Shown here: positions 54,779-64,000 of the stretch, piece by piece
Position numbering within the stretch: position 1 is the stretch's first letter
Layout: each line of letters starts with the position of its first letter
From: Octopus sinensis
Lineage: Eukaryota
Direction of reading: 5' to 3'
Assembly: GCF_006345805.1 (NCBI RefSeq)
Contig: NC_043018.1
Span: 28,024,001-28,088,000, forward strand
Length of the DNA: 64,000 nucleotides
Position numbers and translations under genes: made by a program
The notes under the pieces: model-generated
What the model saw: the letters and a program-made list of their open reading frames with translations, nothing else
Database searches by the model: none
Told to the model about the DNA's origin: nothing

Positions 54779-55826
54779 CTAATAATGAAAACTGGCAAGC
54801 GATATTCATGCAGTTGTTTCCTGTTGGGGTGTGTTCTCCAAGATATTTTTAAGACTGCTCTTAACTTTGGGGTTAACTTCCATCAAGCTTAGATCTCATG
54901 TTTGGGTTAACACTCTACTCATGTTCTACATATAATAAGAGGGGGGATTTTCATAACTGGAATGTAGCTAACATCTTTTAGAATAATAACACTGTATAAC
55001 ATGATTTTTGTCCTTAGGTAGCAATAGTTATTTCCTATATGCTGACTTTCCTATATTTTCTTTCAACTCTGCTTTTGCTGCGATAATTATTCGGACCCTA
55101 AACAATTTTTCTGTACACATGGCTATCATGGACACCACTATTCCTGCTCCTAATCAGAGATATACATATTGTCAGTCATTAAAGGACATGATCAGGTAGT
55201 TATGGTCAAGCAAATGACAAGCAAATCTATGGTACTGCGCAGAATATTTGCTATAACGATATTTCCGCTTCAACAACTCAGTACTGTCTAAAATGTAATG
55301 GGAGATAGGTCAGTTCCAAAACGTTGACGTCCAGGTCACAAAAGCAAAGTCTGAAGGGAATAGTAGTCATTTCATTTCGTTTCTAGGGAGTAACACTTAC
55401 TGACGAAAGACAAAATTTTTAAAAAGTAAAATTAAAATTTCGTTACGTAGTGTAATAATTCCTTCTTCTGTTGGCACAAAGCCTGAAATTATGAAGAGCA
55501 CCAGTATTCAAATGGTGGTTGTTTAATCGACCCTAAAATGATGAAAAGTAAAGTGGAAAATTCTTTCTGGTTTTTGGCACAAAACTAGCAATTTTGAAGG
55601 AAAGTGCTACTCGATTACATCGACCCCACAGCTAAGAGGTAAATTAAAAGGATGAAAGGAAAATCAAGCTCGGTTATTCAGAACGGAAAGACGCGGAAGA
55701 AATGGTGCTAAATATTTTGTTCGACGCACTCACGTTTGTGCCAGCTAAGTCATATTTACCGTAATAACGCTTTCTTTTCATTGCCACAAGGATGACTGAT
55801 GAAGATGATATTACAAGGACAAGATA

Positions 55827-55872
<46 letters not shown>

Positions 55873-56179
55873 GTTGACACGGATTCAATTAGAGAAAATG
55901 GCTGCCCAGTAAAAATAAAAGGAAATGGAGAAATAACGAAAGGTTTCAAATGAGACGTCCGTGGGAGAACTCCTAGTGGGGTCCTCATACATCCCAGTTT
56001 ACTCTGGTTACAGAGACAGTGAAGAACAACATGGTCTACATAATAAGTGACTTTGGAATATTCAACCACTACTTATACATGTGCATATTTTGGCTGTTCT
56101 GTTGATAAGTTGATAAAGTGAGTGTTATACACGTCGAAGATCCATTAATTTATGTTTCGTATATATACAGTGCTTTACT

Positions 56180-56598
56180 CTTTTACTCTTGAATTTGTTA
56201 GTCATTTGACTATGGCCATGCTGGAGCACCGCCTTTAGTCGAACAAATCGGCCCCAGGGCTCATTCTTTGTAAGCCTACTACTTATTCTATCGGTTTCTT
56301 TTGCCGAACCGTGAAGTTACGGGTATGTAAACACACCAGCATAAATTGTTAATCGATGGTGAGGAGGGGACACAGACACACAAACACACACACTCACTCT
56401 CTCACACAAACATATACACACACATAAAGATATACGACAGGCTTCTTTCAGTTTCCGTCTACCAAATCCACTCTCAAGGCTTTGGTCGGCTGAGGTTACG
56501 GTACATGACACTTGCCCAAGGTGCCACGCAGTGGGACTGAACCCGGAAACATGTGGTTGGCAAGCAAGCTACTTACCACACAGCCATTCCTGTGCCTA
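56180..56598 (-). mobile_element. SINE family A, full length
   Basis: Reverse complement of the architecture at 53580-54012. Confidence 0.93.
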
Positions 56599-56855
56599 TG
56601 CATACATACACATATAAATGCACACACACATATTTATGCATACATACATACATAAATACATATATACATACATACATACATACATGCATACACACATACA
56701 TACATCCAGACAGACAGACGGAAACAGACAAACAGACAGACAGACAGATAGATAGATAGATAAATAGATAGATATGACTATCTGTATATATAATTCTCTT
56801 AAGTATATATGCAAATTTATATTAAAATATTTGTGTGTGTGTGTATATGTATCCG

Positions 56856-56926
<71 letters not shown>

Positions 56927-57359
56927 CTCTTTGAAAACTCAAAAACCATACACACACATACTGACAAAGCCGCAAAACTATGTGTTCGTACACGTACACA
57001 TATTTCTCTACGCACATACACCTGTGTATGTATAAATATATCTATAGATAATCTGTGATTAGTACTGTAAGTCAATCTCATTTCTTAGTAGGAACCCTGA
57101 TAGGGAAATCCAACATTCCGCCACGTAGACACTCTCTGCCTGCCTGCCTGTCTGTCTCTCCATCCGTCTATCTATCTCTCTGTTTGTCCGACCCTTCCTC
57201 TTTCTCAGTCTCAGCTATATAATGTCTCATAGGATGATATCATAGTCTCGTTTGACATATTTCAGAGGATATCAGCGAATATTACATATTTCTACAGTCA
57301 CATTTTAATCTGCACGTGTAGTATATGTATGTATATATGTATGCATGCATGTATATATA

Positions 57360-57399
<40 letters not shown>

Positions 57400-57877
57400 G
57401 TACATTTGGATAGAAATATATATACGCATATGTATGTCTTTAGCAAACAGATTAGAAAATAATGTACTTATAAGTTTGTATACATTCAAATATACGCATG
57501 TGTGCGTATACATAAATATGTTGAAAAATGTACGCGTGTATACAAAAGCTTATACAAGGGTTTATACGTGTCACTCTTAAACATATATCTGTGTGTATAT
57601 ATATATGTGCATGTGTGGTGCGACAGCATGGCCACAGTCCACTGATTGAAACAAATAAAAGAATAAAAGAAAATAATATATGGTTGTTTATTTACATATA
57701 CAAATATATACTTCTGTATATGTTCATGTTTGTTTGTGTATGTCTGTGTGTGTTTGTGTGTTTGTGAGTGTCTGTGTGCGGAGTACAAAAACCATACTTA
57801 TACAAATATACGTAAATATATACGTATGAGTGTGTCTGTGTGCGCATATGTCTGTGTGTGTGTATATATATATATAT

Positions 57878-57913
<36 letters not shown>

Positions 57914-58481
57914 AGTGTGGCGCGCATCTATATGTAAGCCATGGTGAAGTTAAGTTTTCATTGTATATTTAACATTTTTACACCCCTCAACTAAACTCGG
58001 CCTATCAATCGCTTCACTGCTAGTCTACAGAAATGGTTATGTTGTGATTTGTAGTGTCAAGACAAACCAAAATCTTACTCTTTACCGTGACCACAGTACA
58101 CACATTTCTTCTCTTCTTCCATCTTGTTTTGTCTTGGAGCCAGTATAGCGAAGCACCAATTCCGTAAGACATTCAAAAATTTTATGTCACTTCTTATTTC
58201 TAATTTGCCTGTAATCTGACAGATCAGGAAATACCACGTTTATTTCTATATTTGAAATTTCACCATTCCAAAAGGACGTCTTACACATCTGCTATGTATC
58301 ACAAAGTCTTGGCCTTTTCTAAAGTCTTATTAAGTTAAGATCGAGACTTGACAAATTCTCATAGACGTTGCTAAAACGGTGAAGAATATGTAAAATGACA
58401 AGAACTTGGCAAAATTTCCTTAAAACTGAGAAAAATCTTTCCTCCCCCACGCACTACAGAATTTCTTTCTCTCTCCCTCCC

Positions 58482-58527
<46 letters not shown>

Positions 58528-58640
58528 TCATTCTTTTTCACTTTTTGTCGGAGTCGCTCCATCTCTCCTTCGCTCTCTTTTTGTCATTCTTTCTCTGACA
58601 CCCTCTTTCACCGTTTTTGTCTCTGTCTCTGTCAGTCTGT

Positions 58641-58679
<39 letters not shown>

Positions 58680-58792
58680 TTCTCTATAACTTGTCTTGTA
58701 TTTACCGTTTTATAATACTGTCAGAAAACGGTTAGCTGCTGAATAAGCGTGACTGCTTTAAACATTTTCTTCTTCAGTTAAAATATATGGCG

Positions 58793-58845
<53 letters not shown>

Positions 58846-59146
58846 TCACACGCAAACACACTCACAATCACACACACAAACGCACACACATATATGTCCC
58901 CATATGTGTGGGTGCGTGTCTGTTTCTAGTTATATATGTTTCGCAGTACGTACATATATATATATATATATATATACACATACACATACATACATATATA
59001 AACACATATATACATATGTATATATATATATGTGTGTGTGTGTGTGTATGTGTTATACATACGCATACGTACATACTGGAAAACGTCATAATCGACAGGC
59101 ATCATGTGATCGCGTGTGTATGTATATATAGGTATGTATAACTATG

Positions 59147-59177
<31 letters not shown>

Positions 59178-59601
59178 TATACATACACACAAACATATGC
59201 ATATATGTGTGTATGCGTGTTTACGCGTATGTGTATGTGTGTCTGATTAGAAAATTATTACATTTATAGAAGGTGATTCAAATCCGCCATTACCATCACA
59301 ATAAACAGGCGAACGACCGAGGTCACATGAGGTCGGTCGAGCTTCCCAGTGCACTATACCCTACCCCTAATGTACCCTTCATTCACATCACGAAACTATT
59401 CGCATCAGACTTCACCTACCCCTGCTTCATAATGTATCCTTTACACTCATTTGATCTGAATCCTACCAATACCTGCCACGGCTCAGGGATGCCAGGATAG
59501 CTGGTCTGCTAACCCCTTACTGTTCATATTGGCAGATGATCGGAATGGAATGCATGGAATATTGAACAGGATTACTGATATATTAAGTCACTAATCAATT
59601 G

Positions 59602-59912
59602 TCACTCCGTCGCTTACGACGACGAGTGTTCCAATCGATCCGATCAATAGAACAGCTTGCTCATGAAATTAACGTGCAACTGGCTGAGCTCTCCTCAGAC
59701 ATGTGTACCCTTAACGTAGTTCTCAGGGAGATTCAGCGTAGCACGGAGTGTGACAAGGCAGACCCTTTCAAATACAGGTGCGACTCACTTTTCGCAGCTG
59801 AGTGAACTGGAGCATCGTGAAAATAAAGTGTCTTGCTCAAGGACTCAACACACCGCCGTGAATCGAACTCATGTCCTTACGATCGTGAGTTCGCATACCC
59901 TTACCACTAAGC
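59602..59912 (-). mobile_element. SINE family C
   Basis: Reverse complement of 9666-9985 (aataaagtgtcttgctcaagga, aatcgaactc, accactaagcacgcc). Confidence 0.9.
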
Positions 59913-61018
59913 ACGCCTTCACTAATAAGATAATGAAGAATCTCTCATTTCTGTCTATTATCTCACATACACCTACATATGTACACAAAAGCAGATGTGT
60001 ACATTTACTGAAGTCCACGGTGTATTTGTGGTTTTTGAATTGGATTTGGTACTTGCATGTCTACAGTATTCTACCAACACATGGTTGTTTTATCTCAAGG
60101 TAATCCCAATGTTATTGTACTAAGCCATTTCTGGCGCTCTAGTAGAGACGAGCCCAAAATTCTTAGGAATACTATAACTAACACATACACAAACACACAC
60201 ACGCACGTTTGTATGTATGTATGTATGTATGTATGTATCTATTTATGCAATGTGTATGTCATTCAGTTTTCGTTCAAGATGCCTTGCCAATAAAGAGATG
60301 GTTTATGACCTGGATCCAATTCTACTTCATTGGAATTTCAACATCAACAACACCCCGACTTCCTACGCATCCGCTGAGCCTGGATGCGCATTCATCCATC
60401 CGTCGATACTGTCGGTGTCGAGGGTTTACTTGCTTTCTCTTTTGCAGGTCTTACAAATAGCAAAGGACCACGTTTCGGACTTCTCCCATCTTGCGAGCTC
60501 TGGGACGAAGACCGTTCGCTCAACAGCATCAACAACAGCAACAGATACATCAGCAACAGGGTATTTTTTTATAAGTATGTATGTACGTACGTACGTATGT
60601 ATGTATGTATGTATGTATGTATGTATGTATGTATGTATGTATGTATGTATGTATGTGTGTATGTATGCAGATTTGTATACTTTGTTTTATGTATGTTTTC
60701 TCATGCATATAGTTGCCTTTCTAGATTTGCTCTTAAATATTTAAATGATAAACTTCTGGAAAGTTTTACAGAATTTTTAATTTCCAATGATACATTGCTT
60801 GTATAGTCTTCGAATGCATGTAAGTATGTATGTATTATGTATGTATGTATGTATGTATGTGCATGCATGCATGTATGTATGTATGTGTAGTATGTTGTGT
60901 ATGTATGTATGTATGCATGCATGTATTATGTATGTATGCATGTATGTGTATGCATGCATGTATGTATGTATGTATGCTGTATGTATGCATGTATGTATTA
61001 TGTATGTAGTATGTATGT

Positions 61019-61118
61019 NNNNNNNNNNNNNNNNNNNNNNNNNNNNNNNNNNNNNNNNNNNNNNNNNNNNNNNNNNNNNNNNNNNNNNNNNNNNNNNNNN
61101 NNNNNNNNNNNNNNNNNN
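61019..61118. other. Assembly gap (100 N)
   Basis: Run of N adjacent to a (TATG)n microsatellite. Confidence 1.
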
Positions 61119-61194
61119 ATCTCTCTCTCACCCCTCTCTCTATATATATATATGACCCATGAAATAACACGCGCGCACACACACACACACACAC

Positions 61195-61257
<63 letters not shown>

Positions 61258-62159
61258 TATTATATCATAACTATGAAGCTGAAATGCGAAATAGTTGTCT
61301 CATTTTGCGATTGGAACGGGTTAAGGGGCACTAGTTGAGGTCGGATTGGCCCCAAAACTTATACGAACAAGTGAGTGGACTAGGTTAAAAACCCCTATCT
61401 CAAAAACTGTAGTTACTAAGGCAACAAAACCCACACTTTTACAAGTGTTGGTCGTTTCTACCTTTCGCATATCGCCCTCTCTACCTCTGCCTCTCTCTTT
61501 CCTTCCTTCCCTTCGCGTTATATAACGACGTTTGACAGCTCGCCGTCTCTCTGTCACCACCTCTCTCACTGTATGTCTGTTTTTATCTATAGAGAGAAAG
61601 CGTTGACAGCCGCTAAAGTTTAAATATTCCCGCCACATGTCTATTAGAACAGTTAATTATTATCACCCACCACCTGCGCACAATCATATAAGATATTATT
61701 AATCAGATATATTGTGTTAATTCATATATATATCTATGTATATAAATATATACATGTATATATATATTATTACTCCCGGCCCCCTCGATATTAGCATTAC
61801 TTTCTTCGAGTCCTGTCGTTAAAAAAACATCACGTATCTCGAAGTCTCTTAATTCTTATGAGTTTGACACATTAGAATTCTCTCTGATAAAGGTAAAGCT
61901 TCTTAGATGGATAGAGAAATTCAAACGATTACTTTGAGCCAATAGTAGAACATCTGGTATGTTTCCAGATCTACGTTCGACTCTCACGAGCAATGTTCCG
62001 GTTTTCTGTCCAAAACGATTTCGACCCTGTAATTACACGCTATTATTTGTAGCTTAATCCACTTCGAGTTTCAGCGTTAACAACACGCAGGCACAGACTT
62101 GGTTGTGTATGTCTGTGTGTGTGAGTATATATATATATATATATATATTGATAGAAATC

Positions 62160-62292
62160 TTAAGACAACAAAGGAATGAAAGTGACCTCGATATTATGTA
62201 AATAGAAGAAAATTTTCATTGCATTTTTTTTCCGATGGCCGATAACTGAAGAGATGGCGGAGTTTTATCATGGCTACCGAATAATTGTCACA
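62160..62292. mobile_element. Rearranged sibling of the 27061/42542 family retaining GATAA-CTGAAGA
   Basis: Minus-oriented tail (gacctcgatattatgtaaatag) then plus gataactgaagagatgg[deletion]agttttatc..ctaccgaataattgtcac. Confidence 0.65.
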
Positions 62293-62365
62293 CCAGCATT
62301 TACATACATACATACATAACATACATACATACATACATAATATATATATATATATATATATATTG

Positions 62366-62421
<56 letters not shown>

Positions 62422-62775
62422 GTAGGTCCCCGGGTTGATTCGGGGTTAACCACAGTAGGTAAGGTACTCAATACATAGCAGAGTAAAATTAATTTATTAT
62501 ATAGAAGGAGCTTCTACAGGACTAGAACTGTTTCATTCAAGAAAATCTTCAGGAAGCTAGTTAACAAGAATTGTATTGGCATTTATACATTTAGGCAGGT
62601 TTAAAGGGGTGGTGGTGGGGGACTTTTTGGGGGTAGGCATAGCGCAAAAATATCATACTTGGGGGAGTGGTCAAGGAGTCAGTGGTAATTAGATAAAAGA
62701 ATAAATAAAAGATAAAAAAATATATAGAAGAATAGAGTTTTAGGTAAATAGGAGATTCTCACTTATACCTATACA
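62422..62775 (-). mobile_element. (TA)n-abutting Penelope-type element
   Basis: Contains the hammerhead at 62509-62558 followed by a tail of about 90 nt ending at (TA)n. Confidence 0.55.
62509..62558 (-). ncRNA. Type I hammerhead ribozyme candidate with intact catalytic core
   Basis: AGCTTC|CTGAAGA|TTTTCTTGAAT|GAAA|CAG TTCTAGTC CTG|TA|GAAGCT. Stem I 6 bp, stem III 4 bp, GUA site (cleavage after 62515), weak stem II. Confidence 0.7.
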
Positions 62776-62879
62776 ACATATGTATACATATATACACCAC
62801 ACACAATTATACATACACACATGCATACACACACACATATATACATACACACATTATATATACATACATATATCTATAC

Positions 62880-62921
<42 letters not shown>

Positions 62922-63114
62922 TACACACACATACATGCATATACATATACACACACACATGTATAATACACACACGACCACACATACATATACCAACAAA
63001 AAAAAATATATACATACACACACATACACATACACACATACCACACATATCCACATACACACATGCACACACAGCACACAAGTCCCTATATACCATATAT
63101 ACATATACACATAC

Positions 63115-63145
<31 letters not shown>

Positions 63146-63711
63146 CACATATATGTACCTATACATACCTACACATACACACATATACATACAGATACAA
63201 ACCCATTCCCTATTTTAATTTTATTATCTTCATTTATTACTTTTGTTATCTTTGACCGCTGGTCACAAGCATCTTGGCTACGACAGCAAGTCCATTTATC
63301 TTTCTACTTGAACACAAGCACTCACTCACGCACACGCACACACTTATTAGCACGCACACTCACTCATTCGTACACTCATACACATACACGCACGTACGCG
63401 TTATATTCATACATACATACATCTACATACATTCACATATATACACATACGTACGCGTACCTACAGATTCATGTCTACATATACACCAATAAATATTATA
63501 CACACATACTATACACCTACATACAAATACATACATATATATATATATATATAATATATATATATAATATAATCCACATATATACATACATACATACATA
63601 CACCCATACATACATACAAATATACACATACACACACCCACACGTATACATATACATACATATACGCGCATGCATACACACACACATACATACACATACA
63701 CATATATATAT

Positions 63712-63742
<31 letters not shown>

Positions 63743-64000
63743 TACATACATATACATACATACACATACACTTATACACACACACATACATACACATATA
63801 CACATACACACACATACACATATACATGCGTACCCATACACACACACACACGCACATCCATATATACACATAAGTACACACATGCGTAAAAGTATACATA
63901 TATCTATACATATGCTTACACATACACACACACACACGCGCCTCCTTATGTTCATACTTGCATGCATACTCAAAAAATAAATAATAAATATTAAGTATAT

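Overview
Eukaryotic, very AT-rich DNA dominated by microsatellites ((TA)n, (CA)n, (TATG)n, (ATT)n, (CAT)n), with one 100-N assembly gap. The tRNA-derived SINE, Penelope-like, R4/Dong and Tc1/mariner content suggests an octopod cephalopod (inference). The only protein-coding sequence I can support is the terminal homeobox exon of an NK1/slouch (NKX1) gene on the minus strand (16822-17819). Its upstream exon(s) could not be identified in the remaining 46 kb. Nearly all other ORFs in the track are microsatellite artefacts or decayed transposon fragments. The most striking signal is a set of hammerhead-ribozyme (HHR) motifs in several apparently distinct families of short Penelope-type elements. 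They abut (TA)n tracts and several are tail-out palindromes. They include a textbook minimal HHR in both arms of a 426-bp palindrome (37.0-37.4 kb), one copy with an intact core (62.5 kb) and a non-canonical variant family (19.5 and 38.6 kb). Two strongly diverged copies (10.2 and 30.3 kb) conserve all HHR core motifs but in a strand order matching none of the standard type I/II/III permutations, a candidate pseudoknotted hammerhead. All RNA structures were folded by eye and are untested.
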